Assembly (NCBI GenBank): GCA_050575255.1
Contig: JBNZDD010013510.1
Coordinates: forward strand, 660,384-724,383
Direction: 5' to 3'
Source: Harriotta raleighana
Taxonomy: Eukaryota
Length of the DNA: 64,000 bases
Both the position numbers and the translations under genes were made by a program. Within the stretch, counting starts at the first letter, position 1, and each line of letters begins with the position of its first letter. The notes below the pieces were generated by a model. The model ran no database searches. It had not been told where the DNA came from and was given only the letters and a program-made list of their open reading frames with translations. Below, one piece after another: positions 51,162-64,000 of the stretch.

Positions 51162-52431
51162 ATCGTCCAGCAATGCAGTGCAATTTTAACATTGAGCCCT
51201 CCTTGATGGTTCTAAGAGATGACACTTTTAACGAATCCTGTATGCACTGAAGGCTTAGTGTGGGCGGGAATGGTACCTCATTGATGTCTTCCCAAGATGG
51301 GGCAATTTAATTCTGTGTGGATTTAAGTCATCAATTGAATGGAGACTGATGTCTCCGTGCGAAAATTTGTGGAGTAAGGTTGTCAGGCAGACTCAGTACA
51401 ATTTACAGATGGCCCTTTGCTGTATGAAGTGATCACAGCATGAAAGGTTTTCATGTATAATACTTTTTAGAGTCAGGATTTTTCGGACAAAAGGGTTGAT
51501 TCTTACACAGGAAGCCTGAGTCCATCTGTGACAAATGATTTTGAAGTCAGTGAATCTGCCGCTCACTTCTTTTAAAATTAATCTGTGGGACTAAAGACTA
51601 TAAAAAGTTTCAAAATTGTAAGTGAACTTTGTTAGAAAGTTGACCGTCACTCTGATGGATGAAAGCTGAAAACTCCAGCTGAATTCATAAGATGTACTGA
51701 GCTGAGAGAGTTTTGTGCAATGGATAAAAAATTATCCAGGGGTTTGACTCCCAGAACTTGTCTATTTTCAGTCTACATTTTGTGCTATTGACACCATTGA
51801 GATTCACACCAACATGTTTGAACAATCTGTAAATGTGAGCTGTGAAATTACTGATTGTTGAGTAAATGCTTATTTTCCCCTGCAAGTTCTATCGCCTTGA
51901 GATTGCGAATTCAATACATACTGGGATTTGAATCTGCGATTTTATCATCTTTATCGTTTGGATGCCTAAACACACCAGATCACTGGGGAGTGAGAAAATG
52001 TGGTTGAGTAAATTGGCTTAATCGTGGAATAAATGAAACTGCAATTTCCACTGCAAAATTGAAAAATTAACTCTTTCTTTGAAAAATAATAAACAGTGAT
52101 GGAATAAAACGACCTAATGGCTTTCCTTAATAGTAGCCAGCAATTTTTGTTCTGGGAGAGTATGCTTGTGGTTGTATTCATGATTTTTAAAGTCTAGTTC
52201 TGGAGAATTTTGTGTTCAAAGTGAAAGTTATTAATGCTGGCAAATGAGACTTTACGAACAGATCTTAGGCTAAGAATTCGGGTGAGATTACACAAACTCA
52301 TTTTGTGGAGAACCCTTCATCCAAGAGGCAAAGAAGATTTAATCGTCACTTGTAGGCTAGATTCATAAGTTTCCTTCCCACCCACCAAGGTGAAGTTATG
52401 CCAATCCATCTTATCCTTTGTTGGTCATTGT

Positions 52432-52492
52432 TCTTGGGACGTCCTCCGGACATGAAAGGCGCTCTATAAATGTAATTTTGTTTCTGTTGTTG
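52432..52492 (+). mobile_element. L2-type 3' terminus
   Basis: cttgggacgtcctccggacatgaaaggcgctctataaatgtaattttg. Confidence 0.78.
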
Positions 52493-53069
52493 TATGAAAG
52501 CATAAAAGTATCATACGATTCTTCATGATTTGAAAACCTCAATCTGTCTATAAAGGCTTTATTCTTGAATGCAGTAAATCAAAAGTCCACCTTAGGCAGA
52601 ATGTCAGTTTTATGCAGAACAAAATCACTGTGAAAATTTCGAGAAGCACATCAAGTTAAAGAAAGAATTTCGAGAAGCACATCGTCAAGACATATAATGA
52701 AAGATACTAAATCTCGCAGTTAAAACAGCAAGTAATNCTAAAGAAAAATCGTCAAGACATATAATGAAAGATACTAAATCTCGCAGTTAAAACAGCAAGT
52801 AATAATATCTGATAAATATTTTATGTTGTATGATGTATCGTCTTACCCTGACCCAGACACTTTGATGGAAGACCCATTTTTATAACTAATAAACTAAAGT
52901 GCAAAAAAAGTAAATTGATACTCAGTAAGTTCTCATGGATTTTAATGAAGCTTAGGTGAATAAATTGTTATCCAAGTTCACTTTAGTTATTTGATCAAAT
53001 TGCATCAATTATATGAATGCTACCTTTAGAAAAACAAATGCCTTTCACAAAGACTGAGTCTCTTCCCCT

Positions 53070-53097
53070 CCCCCCCCCCCCCCCCCCCCCCCCCCCC
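53070..53097. repeat. Poly-C run
   Basis: About 28 consecutive C. Confidence 0.95.
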
Positions 53098-53889
53098 AAA
53101 CCCAAATAGTAAAGACTGGTGATGTTTTTGTCTGAAGTACGTCCGCTCAAACCTACTAAAATGTAGGTGTGCAAAGTTAGAAATTCAAATTTTGTCTGAC
53201 CCAGTTTGTGTTCAGACTTTTTTTCAAGGTTAATATGAATCTCAGATGGATGCTTTTCCCTGATGAAGATATTTGGATTTATTTAATTAAAAGCAAAGGG
53301 TTCACGAACCATCCAAAGACGACCAGCCCACCTGAATCACGAGATTCAGGACGCTCAAGGGTGTGTGGAAATGTGATGAGAAACTAAAAATACTGCATTG
53401 GCAGATTCCCCCAGTGTAAATCTTTGATGGAGACTTTTGTGATTGGAAGTACAGTTCACTGTGGCCAACATAAATGTATGTCATCTCCAAAACCCAAGCG
53501 ATAGTTACATTAGCATCAAGACTGCCATCAGGTAACATAAAATGAATGTCCTACATTCCATTGAGCAAATGGAACAAATCGTACAATCTGTAGGGTGCAA
53601 ATATACCCTCATATAAAAATATAATCAAAGCTCCTTTAGAGATAACAGTCTACTGACACGTTTAGTATACAAATCCCATATTATCCAGGAAAACGGTCGA
53701 TGCTTTTACAAAATTGACCATCATCATCCATCACCTGATAATAGCAAATAAGGTGTTTGAGATTTTTTATTTATTTGTTTGTATATAAAGCGTGGAGAGT
53801 CAAGGCACGCAAACATCCACCTCATGCTGTCATTTGCTATTCTGTGTGAAGGGTGTCACATAAATGCAAGTTGTTGTTGTCATTTAATG

Positions 53890-54253
53890 CCAATTAACAA
53901 CAATAGTCATGTCTTTGAGATGCTGCACAGCGCTTCACAGAATCTACTGTAAAGTGAATTGACTGCTTATTTTGTGGGCGAAAAGCAGTAGCTAATGTGC
54001 ACAGCAGTGACCTGCAAACAGTTGCAAACAAAATACTCAGACATTGAGTAACCAAACTATTATTATTTAAAAAATTATTTTGACGGGATTATTACCCCCC
54101 GCAACTAATGTAACCGGGTTCTTACTTACTACTAGGTAAACAGAGGTGTATGGAGTAAGGAAATTCTCCCAACGTTTCGGCCTACCCAGGAATCCAATCC
54201 AGGTCCTCTCACTTGTGAGACGAGTACTTCAGTCACTATACTGCAGGACTCCA
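53890..54253 (-). mobile_element. Long-form (older) SINE
   Basis: Body plus cttacttactactaggtaaacagaggtgtatggagtaaggaaa and head ending ctgcaggactcc. Confidence 0.88.
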
Positions 54254-54469
54254 TTTACAATTTGTATACACTGGGGAAAGCCTGATATTCAGACATTATT
54301 GTTTTATCTAATACAGTACTTGCTGGATGAAAACTATAAACTATTGAGGATTAAAATACTGCATAGATATCGATGGGCAGACTCTTTAGATTTATCGTAT
54401 TGCTATAATAAATGAATGATATCTTTGTTTCAAAATGGTTGTGATCGATCTGAGCTTCTTCAAAAACTG

Positions 54470-54870
54470 ATGTGAGATTAGGGAATAGCCAGTTGCAGGT
54501 TTGAAATCGACCCATCTCCTTTAGATTAATCAAGACTTCAGCAACATAGTTATTTTCCTTCAATCTCTCCTCTCTTCTTGACTTCCCCGTTAAGTTCTTC
54601 TGCAAGTCTATCACCCTTTGCTTTGTTTTTTTTAGGGAAAAAAGGGTATGTTTTAACTGTCTCACCTCCTTGCTACATAATTTTTACCTTGCATTCGCCA
54701 GTTATTTGAGTCTTTTACCCCAGTGAATAATTTCCTTCGATTAGCTTTGCCAATACCCTTTGCGATCTTGACTATTGTAATTGGGTCACCTTGAAGTATC
54801 TTTCCAAAGAGAATAAAACCAGTTTAAACTTTCCTCATAAGCTAGATTTCTGATGCGTAGCATCACTTTG
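54470..54870 (-). mobile_element. Decayed CR1 fragment
   Basis: aaagagaataaaacc...tttcctcataagctagatttctg parallels 25725-25790. Confidence 0.55.
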
Positions 54871-57849
54871 GTTTTCTCATTGTTTTAACTCTAATCTGCA
54901 GGGCAATTTAACCAACACTTTTATTTTTTTGCACCCCATGCCACAGTATACAAAAATAGGCAAGTGATTTTTATTTGTTGAATTAATTATTTTTTTCCCT
55001 GAAATATATCGTACTTTTAGCCTTAGTCATTGTTTGTCAAAATAACCCAAATCTTTATTTGGGAATTTGAAAATTTCACGTGACATATAGTACAGTACTA
55101 ATCTTTTAAGGAAAGTTTCTGAAACTGAATATATTCATTGTAATTGTCATTACGATGTTGCATGAACCCTGACAGATGTCAGAAATGCTTATCTTGCTCA
55201 GACACCTCTGGGAACACCTCTGGGAACTCATGATTATCAAAATGACAACAATCGCTTTAATATTTGATCTTTATTGAGACCGAGAAGAAACATTTAACAT
55301 CTGCGCACATTACTGCACAGGGACAGAACAGGAAATTGTTTTGCTCTGTTTTACCAAATGACTCGATAAATGAAGATTGTTTCATCTGACAAGCAGACTA
55401 ATTATCTCTCAGGGAATCTGGATTGCATGCATTGGGGCATAAAAACTGCAGAGCGGGCAGGAATACGAGAGAATGGAGCGAGACCTACTGTGCTGTGTAT
55501 AGCTGGGTCTTGTTGATAGCAACATAAGATGGCACGTTGCTTGATGTCGCAGAACATGGAGTGTGATCAGAATTTCGCAGAGATCTGGGAGATGCTCAAC
55601 CCCAATCCCCATGTCATGCTGGAGTGAGAAATCCATGTTGTATCCTATCCCAGAGCTTGGGAATAGCTTGTGTTTTACTTAGCAGCCTCTTATGGACAAG
55701 CTAATTCAATATTTGAAATGCAGAGTTTACTTGAAATGAACCCAGATTTTTCTTTAAATAATTGCAAAATTAGCTAAAATCGAAGTACTGTAGGTCCAAA
55801 AGTGCTTTTTCAAATTTTTTGTCAAATGCAAGGATTATTATTGTATCATCTGCAACTCTCCCTTGTGTTGTGAGATTTCCATCGGTAACAGAAATGCTCA
55901 GACTTTTTCACAGTTGACAGCAATGCCTGCCTAAGGAAAAACATAATCTAGTTTCAAGATGTTTGGAAAAGCTTGATAGTATTTCACTGACTTTTTTCAT
56001 AAAACGATTTCTTGACACATTCTACCCCTCCTCACTTTCCTTGCGCTTCCTGCATTACCATGGATAGTGGATGAAAGATATGGCAAATCCCTTGGATCTG
56101 TAAGGTTCGTATTTGGACAACTTGTGGCATGTGAGGAGGAGGAGTAGTGTATTTATATCAACACTCTTCTAGTCCAAATCAACAACCATAACTCGGGGTG
56201 CAAACTTTGGATTGTCCAGCCTTGACCAGTGAAACCTGCTGTAAAAATGTTACCCAAAGGTGGTAGTGCATTAGATTACTCAAGCGCAAAAAACCACAGA
56301 ACTAATAAAATTAATACATTTCCCATCCTTGCGAGCAGGGTCATGAACCTTACTGACAGTTCTCACCCTTTCATGTTTAGGAACTGCCTGAACTGTGCAC
56401 AGAACACACAATGCTGCCTGACCCACCTGTGGGTGGTTTGCATTTGATCACTTTTCTGTGAGACTCTTGAAAGCACTGAACCTTTCAGGTGCTCTGTTTG
56501 TTCTATCAGAGACATCTTGTGGATGGAGAGCCACTCCAGTTATCAGCGCTCAAGCAGGTTCTTAAAAGGGTCCTCCTTGTAAGAACGGACTTAATTTCCT
56601 TTGAGTTAGAGACCCTTATGATGTTTGGATGCTTGACAGATTTTTACTCAATGGCTGTTAACCTTAAAAGAAGAGTCATAAAGGCAATTTGCTGTTGGAA
56701 TCTGAACGTTCAAGTGACAAAGTATTTGACTTTTGTTACAAGAATAAATTTCAAGGAATGACAAGTGACTCTTTGTTCATTTTCACTAGATTTTCACTAA
56801 AAATCTGTCATTTGATTGTTGAAGCTGCTCTTTGTGCCTCAAACTACATTGGTTTCTTGATCTGTATTTTGCTGCTCTGCTATCCCTGATTTGCAGCCTA
56901 GCCTTTCCCCTGCCAGGGAATTTACATGGAGTAAATGTGTGAATGTTATCTCTAGAAATGATAAATATATAGTAGTTGTATGCCTCCCCTTGGAGAAATC
57001 CATTCATAAACTGGTTTAGTCTGCCAACTTTAATCACCCACATCTTGAGAAGCACTTAAGGTAATCATATCTCCAGAGACAGATTATCAAATCTTGTTGA
57101 TCTAGGGGTGAAATATTTACTTTTATATGACCAGCTATACTGCTCACTCACCTTAGAAATGAACAACGTGACCAATTTAAACTGGTCTAAAATGCGGTAT
57201 GTGTAAATGCATATGTGTATGTGTGCATAGTGTGTGTGGGTATGCACTTTACAGTATATCATGTGAACTACTTTGAGACATGAAAGGCACAATACCAAAT
57301 CCAAGATTTCTTCTTGCTTTGCATCCTTGTATTCTCATCTTTGAAGTCCATTTTCTTTATTCTGTAATCGCTGGATTAACCAGTTTATATTTTTACTGCT
57401 GAGTTCACATCCTCTTTCATTGATGCTCATGTCAGTAAATATTTAAGGGAATGGATGATAACTGTTTGGATGTATGGGTATCACACTGTATCAGTTTACT
57501 ACACTGAAGAAATAGATACCCAAGAGTGATTAGAAGGCACTATTTTCAATGAGGGAATAAGATGATGCTGTCGTGTTTTTTAACCATCATCTGAATTTCA
57601 GGATGAAGTCACAGCTTTGAAATCCATGCTATTTTCTTGATATTGGCCACTGTCTCTGTGTATTTGACCAAGAGGACATTCACACAGAAAGATTATTTGT
57701 TGTGCAATTGCTGTGTTCTTATCAAGCAAAAATTGGCAGTGATTGTTGTCAAGCTTCATCAATGATCTATTTGTTATGTGCCTGATGTTGGTACCAGTCA
57801 TGCAGCAGTAGTCTTGATACAGGCTGCATTCATTCTGCTATCCTCAATG

Positions 57850-58203
57850 ATAACAATAATAATCATCCTTGCATTTGATGTAGCAGCTTATGTCTTCGAG
57901 ATGTCTCAAAAGCGCTTCACAGAATATACTGTAAAGTGATTTGACTGTATATTTTGTGGGCGAAACACGGTAGCCAATTGCGCATAGCAGTCATGGATTA
58001 TAGTGCCTAATTTATTATTTTTGAAGGAATTATTACCCAGGAAAAGTAATCCGTCAATCAACTAACAACTGGGTTCCTACTTACTGCTGGGTAAACAGAG
58101 ATGTGTGGAGTAAGGAAACTTGCCCAACATTTCGCCTAGAAATTCAAACTCAGGTCTCTTGCTTGTGAGGCGCATGCTCTTAACAACTGAGGTACAGGTC
58201 TCC
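57850..58203 (-). mobile_element. Best-preserved long-form SINE (tRNA head, extended CORE-like segment, body, tail)
   Basis: Reverse strand: ttgggcaagtttccttactccacacatctctgtttacccagcagtaagtaggaacccagttgttagttgattgacggattacttttcctgggtaataat. Confidence 0.92.
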
Positions 58204-58689
58204 ACGACGTGGAATAAGTAAGAAAATGAATCCCTTTTAAGAAACATACTGGAGTGAGTGTTGAGTGTGTGGTACACTTGGATCGTAGATACATGATCAG
58301 ATTCTAAACTGAGCTGCCAGCTACTGATTACAGTCCCTCTGCTCTGCCTGTCCGCCCAGAAGCAAGGAGCAAATGGCCAGATGGAAGAATAAAAATGAAT
58401 CCAGACACTATCCTGCATTGAGGGAAAGCAACTCTAAATTAAGCCAATGCCTCGAGCGAAGTTGAGCCACAACAGACCTGGAAGATGCCAGATATGATCC
58501 CAAGTCTCGGCTGTTCTCAGTTGGGGCAGCAGTTGGGGCTACAGTTAGCCCCGGAGCCTGGATTGGGAGCAAATGATGTAACAAAAGTTTCTGTACCTGA
58601 TTATTTCGAATGACCTTGCTCATGCCCCATTCCTCTGTCCACCCCTCCTTTGCTCAGCTGACATAGCCAACTCCTCGGAGCCACCATTG

Positions 58690-58760
58690 ATTGCAATATC
58701 TTCAGCCACTATCCCCCTAATCTGTGGAATTCCCTGCTTCAATCCCTCCACCTCACCTTA
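58690..58760 (+). mobile_element. L2 ORF2 C-terminal remnant
   Basis: cttcagccactatcccctaatctgtggaattccct is similar to 46798-46850. Confidence 0.6.
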
Positions 58761-59496
58761 TTTTTAAATCAGAAACTGACATGTTAATGAAGCCTGTGGG
58801 TGGAATACACTTTATAACAGGGCAGCATTACAGCATCAAATATGTATTCTGGGTTCCAAAGGCAATTTTTTTGGTGATATTATCTAAATAAGACCTGTTT
58901 GAGTGAAGTCCATATTCTCAGCATTGCTGTATCATGAGACTGACAGTGACTGAACTGCTGAAAGTGATATTCATTTTGAATTCCTCTACTCTGTATGCTA
59001 ATTACAAATCACGGTTTCCCGGCAGCGATGCAATACAATGTGATAGCAGCACATTTTTAATTATGAATATTATCAGTCGAGCGAACTTGAGAACAGCGGA
59101 GAACAGTATTGGTGGTGTCAGCTGAATTCAAAACAGTGCAACAAACTTAGTGGCAATGATGAGTTTGGAAAATCCTTTGATATCATGAGTCCGGGTTTGA
59201 GTCCAGCCTGCAATGAAGATTGTAAGTTTTCTGTTCTGCCTGTCACTCTCCCTTGTGCGATTCTCACTTTTTCTTTCTTCCATACTCATTCTCGCTCTGT
59301 CTTTCTGTTGCTTGCTCTTGCTTTCCCTCATTGGCCACCATTAGTATTTGAACTGAATTATTGCTGCTGTCCTTGTAAAACAAGCCACAAAAGNACCTCT
59401 TTTTCCCTCATTGGCCACCATTAGTATCTGAACTGAATTATTGCTGCTGTCCTTGTAAAACAAGCCACAAAAGATTTATCCGCACTTTATCCGTAG

Positions 59497-59670
59497 GTTG
59501 GTCATTTCAATCTACAACTGTTTGTGGGACGCTGCTGTGCGTAATTGACTGCCACGTTCTGCCCACAAATATACAGTCAATTCATTTTACAGTATATTCT
59601 GTGAAGTGTCTTGGGACGTTGATAAGATGTGAAAAGCGCTATATCAAATGCAAGGATTATTATTATTATT
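59497..59670 (+). mobile_element. Young SINE 3' half
   Basis: ttggtcatttcaatc...caaggattattattattatt. Confidence 0.93.
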
Positions 59671-60110
59671 AAAGCAATTGAACTAGACCCCCAAACACTC
59701 TTGAAAAAGAAACCCTTCTGCTTTGATGAAACCCAATGCAAGTGGGTTTGGGTTGAGGCTCATTGGTCCCGCAAAATGTTTCTGTTCTCCAATACATTCT
59801 GCCACAGAGCAGATAGCTCAAAAGCCATGTTAATAGCAGGCTATAATCTTAATGGCAGGTTGCAGAATAATATTGGCAGAGTCTGACTCCATAGTGCCAG
59901 TCAGGGAGTTGATTGCCAATGGATCAAAACTGTTGATGGTTGTTGGGTGGGAATAGCAAAACAAAGGAGCCCCCAACTTGAGAATGTTTCAACCCACATT
60001 GAAAGGAAAAAAACATTCAGCTGTTCTAAGTGGACTCACTCACAACTGCTCCTGTAAGATTCCCACTATCAGTTAGTCATGCATCTGATCATCATTGGAG
60101 CAATAGAGGT

Positions 60111-60115
<5 letters not shown>

Positions 60116-60140
<25 letters not shown>
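60116..60140. repeat. (CT)n microsatellite
   Basis: Seen directly. Confidence 0.95.
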
Positions 60141-60141
<1 letters not shown>

Positions 60142-62479
60142 GCCCCCTCCCCTCATCTCTCCATGCTATCAGTATTCTTTGTCAATCAGCATTTCTTCAA
60201 AGGGCTGAATCTGAAAGGACACAATTAGCACTTACAGCAGCAAAGCCCCAGATGGACTAATTGACTTACAATCCAAAAACCACGTTGCACTTCAAATGAA
60301 AATGAGTCAAGACAATCAAAATTTGTGTATCTTGTTTTTGAATGGGATATTGAGATGTTTTTTGTTTCCAAAGTGAGAAGGCATCTTAAAATATGCAATT
60401 CAAAGATGATGAAAGTTATCATTATAATCATTGTAGTGGAACCTTGAAAAAGTAATTTACATTTTTCATTATGTTGTACACAAGTTGCTTTCATTTGTGT
60501 TTGATCTCTTGTAATAACTATCAAACATTCAGCCACTGTCTCTAATGTAACCACACACATACAGTCTTGCTGACCTGCTAGTTGGTTTTGTTCTGCAGTA
60601 AGGCAGAAATGCAAGGAAAGCAGTTACGGTATTAAGTATTTGCTGCAGTTGGTGGGAATGACAAAAATTTGTGTTCATCTACAATGACGTAGTTACCTCA
60701 CTTTACAGAAATCCTGTGAAACACTTTGAGACTTTTCAACAATGCCATTAGATGCAATGTCAAATGCAGTGATTGTTGTATTATTATTAATATTCTCTCT
60801 TCCCCTCCTCTACTGGCTTTCTGGGTCGATGGAGGTGAATTCATTTTCTTGAAGTGGAGGCACAGACACTGTTGAAGTCTTACCTGACTGTGACAATCAC
60901 AGCAATGATCAATGGGGAAACACACACACAGTCGAGGAAATATTCCCTGCTCAATTTGTTAAGACTTGTGTTCTTAAGTGTTTCAATGAATGTTTTTTTC
61001 TCCACTTTAATAAGCCTGGGAGATTGATGGGCAGATTATGTTACTGACCACTGTGCTATTTAAGTTAAGTGCAGAATAAGAGTTTGATGGAGAGTACCTG
61101 TTATTGACTAGAGAACCAGTTGCAACACACCATCATTTGGGTTCAGACTTTGGATTCTGTGCTGAGATTTGATGCTCTGTTTTTTGAAAGTTAGGGTTTG
61201 GTTGTGTCCTAGCCCCTGAATATGCTGAAATCTTGTTTACTCTGTGAAAGAGCTGGTTGGTATATAATTGATCTTTGCAAGCAGCAACAGCAGCATTTAA
61301 TGGGGACCTTCAGCTTCTACGATGACTCATTCAGTCTCCACAAGAAAGTGATCGATACAAAATACAGCATTTTGGTTTCCAACAGATGAAAGTAAAAGTG
61401 ATACATTGTGCTTAAATTGATTTAAAATGTGCACCAGCTCTTGAGAAACTGTCCTAACTTGTTGGCAGGAACAAATTGCTCTGCTTTCAACGACTTTGCT
61501 GGTTTAGAAAGGAATTCTGCTAAGGCTTCAATGACATTTAATTGACACAAACAGCAACTCGGTCTTTTCTTTGCCTTGAATCCTGCTGGCAGTAACCAAC
61601 ACTGGCAGCATAGCATCTCTGTGATACTGGCAGCTTTCCAATTTCTTTCTAAGTGTTGGTGGTGAGGTACAAGTTGGAGGGTGGACAGATTGGCTTTGTG
61701 TTTGGCTTTTGTCCTGTAGGATGCACAATCCCCCAGTATTTGGATTTTTCTATAGTCACATTCACCAACATTGCTTTCATTCCATCAAAGTCATATATCT
61801 CCCGCTTTCCAGCAGTGTTTCGAAAGCTCTGAAACAAACGTTGGCAGTAGCAGTTTGTAGACTTTTGAGTTCCAGACTCCCACAGAACAATTTTATTTTC
61901 TCAGCTTTCTGTACTGAAGACATTGCCTTGTGTTGCGAAGAAGACCATTTTAAAAGTACCATCCAAGGAAAATTGACGGAACAGTTAAGAAAGTCTAGTT
62001 AGAAATACTGTTAAAGTTAATATCAAATATAAAACCCTGAGAATGGGATAGATGGAGGCGAAGAGAAATAAAACCTGATTGTGTTTTTACAGATTGGGTT
62101 GCATAAAATTCACTTTGCAATAATAAACGTGCTTCTGATAACTGAGCAGCAGAGTAAAGGTTTAGTTCACAGTTATTATGACAGAGTAAAGAGTGCTTTG
62201 GTAAGTTAAAAATGGATCCACAATTTCCCAGAGGGTTCACGAGTCATCGACTCTACAATTTCTCACTCGGCATTTGGTTGAAACCATTATTGACAAATCT
62301 AGTGGGTCACTGTTTGCAGCCAGCGACACAGAAGCAATCTCCAGGACTGCTGCTGAGCTCAAAAGTATTCACTGGAATGAGCAGCGCATTTTGAGATACT
62401 GAAAAAGACACCATACAAGCAGGGATACATGTGAATATCTTTGCCTTAAAAGGTTAGAACCAACTAAAGGAAGATCACA

Positions 62480-62598
62480 CAAACAACAACAAAATTTGCA
62501 TAGCGCCTTTCACAATCAGGAGAAAGTCCCAAGAGCTGGACAATCAGTGTGTCGGACACGAGCTGGGGATCGGAACTAAGGATGGGGGAGGAGGGGAT
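62480..62598 (-). mobile_element. L2-type 3' UTR and terminus
   Basis: aacaacaacaaaatttgcatagcgcctttcac...gtcccaagagctggaca. Confidence 0.72.
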
Positions 62599-62679
62599 AC
62601 CATTTAAAACTGTGATGACTGAGGTAAATCTATAAGGTTGTTGAGGGAGATACCCTTTGGAATGATTGTAATAACTATT

Positions 62680-62880
62680 ACTGGAGGGAATTTGTATTTG
62701 TTATTATTAAACAATAATAATTTGGTCACACGTCCACGACTTTTATGGACAATGCTCTGCACAATTGGCTGTGGCTGTTTGCCTGTAAAATATACACTTG
62801 ATATACTTTACAGTATATTCTGTGAAGTGCTTTAAGACATCTGGAAGACATTATAAGGAGCTATATCAAATGTAAGCATA
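62680..62880 (+). mobile_element. Diverged SINE 3' half
   Basis: tttggtcacacgtccacgac...tttacagtatattctgtgaagtgc...ctatatcaaatg. Confidence 0.82.
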
Positions 62881-63554
62881 CTTGTTTGTGCGATTAATGC
62901 TGGAACACAATTGGGGTGAGTGACAGTTTTCACCTCTAGATCTTCCTGTGGAAAACTGGATACTGAAGGGGTATTGACATCCATGGAACTGTATTCCCAT
63001 CATGAATTACCGCAGAACAGAAGTGAGACAACCCAGGAAACTAGACAAAAAACATTTCAGTGAAGTCTGTATCTGTAACAGGATAACTCACGCGTATTAT
63101 CGTATTGGGACATTGATACCTGAATTGGAGAAGAATCCGTTCCACATTGGAAGGAATTGCTTACAAAGCCACTGCTGGTTCAGAGTGCTAATTTGTACAA
63201 GGTATTAAACACTCTTGTCATTGGGCTGCTCATAAAAATTGACAGCTAACTAGTCTCTAAGTACCAATGTTAATCTCTGGCTCACACTCTGCTTGAGATT
63301 TGATGGCTTTTACCGTCACTATTGATCATGGTTTTAGTTAATTTAATGACTGCTCCACTGTGAAGAAAAAAACCCTCCTGTGCCAAAGTGTTGATGAAAC
63401 ATTGCCAAACTCACCAGAGTTGTTTTGTTTCCAGTTGCATACAATTGGCTGCTTCTTGGGACTAAAGTGGATGCTTGGGGTGAGAGAAAATGAAGTCAAT
63501 CAGGATTAGGATTTGAAACAAAATCTGCAACGCAAGGACAAGTTATGGTATCTT

Positions 63555-63812
63555 GGCAGGTCAGGGCGAAACCTTGGGCAAGTTTCCTTATTCCACCTGC
63601 CTAATAATAATCTCTCAAAAAAAAACACAATAGTGTAATAAAATCAGTCACTTCAATCCATGACTGTTTGTAGGACACTGCAGTGCGCAATTGCCTGCTG
63701 CGTTTTGCCCACAAGCAAACAGTCAATTCACTTTACGCTATATTCTGTGAAGCACTTTGAGACTTCGATAAGATGTGAAAAGCGCTATATCAAATACAAG
63801 GATTATTATTAT
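63555..63812 (+). mobile_element. Young SINE lacking most of the head
   Basis: ggcaggtcagggcgaaaccttgggcaagtttcc...caaggattattattat. Confidence 0.93.
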
Positions 63813-64000
63813 AGTATTACTGTATTATTATTCTTATTATATTTTGTCTGCAGTTATCTCCAACCAACGTTTATCATTTTATTTTTTGTAATGGAAATTT
63901 AAGAAAGAAATCTTTTCTTCGAGTTGTTTTGCCTTCCCGCCTGCAAATTAGTGGTCTGACCTAGTTACAGAAATCAATCGTAATTGGCAACAGCCATTTT

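Overview
Eukaryotic, AT-rich, repeat-dense non-coding DNA with scaffold gaps at the 5' end. The repeat content points to a cartilaginous fish, most likely a chimaera such as the elephant shark (inference). That content is a tRNA-headed SINE family with an (ATT)n tail in more than 30 copies, older Deu-domain SINEs, CR1 and L2 LINE fragments, and hAT and Tc1/mariner MITEs. The window looks like the interior of a very long intron or 5'UTR region, with two small candidate + strand exons (7709-7803, 47629-47681). The only clear protein homology is one isolated SLC17/sialin-type TM1 exon (16535-16762). It has an R57-equivalent Arg changed to Trp, and two degenerate partial copies lie just downstream. 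Most ORFs in the track are spurious or repeat-derived. The most notable signals are the orphan, triplicated SLC17 exon, the modular and chimeric architecture of the SINEs, several nested insertions with readable TSDs, and probable Tc1/mariner excision footprints (TACAGTA/TACTGTA). Seven near-identical duplications around single Ns are probably assembly artefacts. There is no CRISPR array, rRNA or genuine tRNA. All coordinates and alignments were made by eye, so repeat boundaries are approximate.
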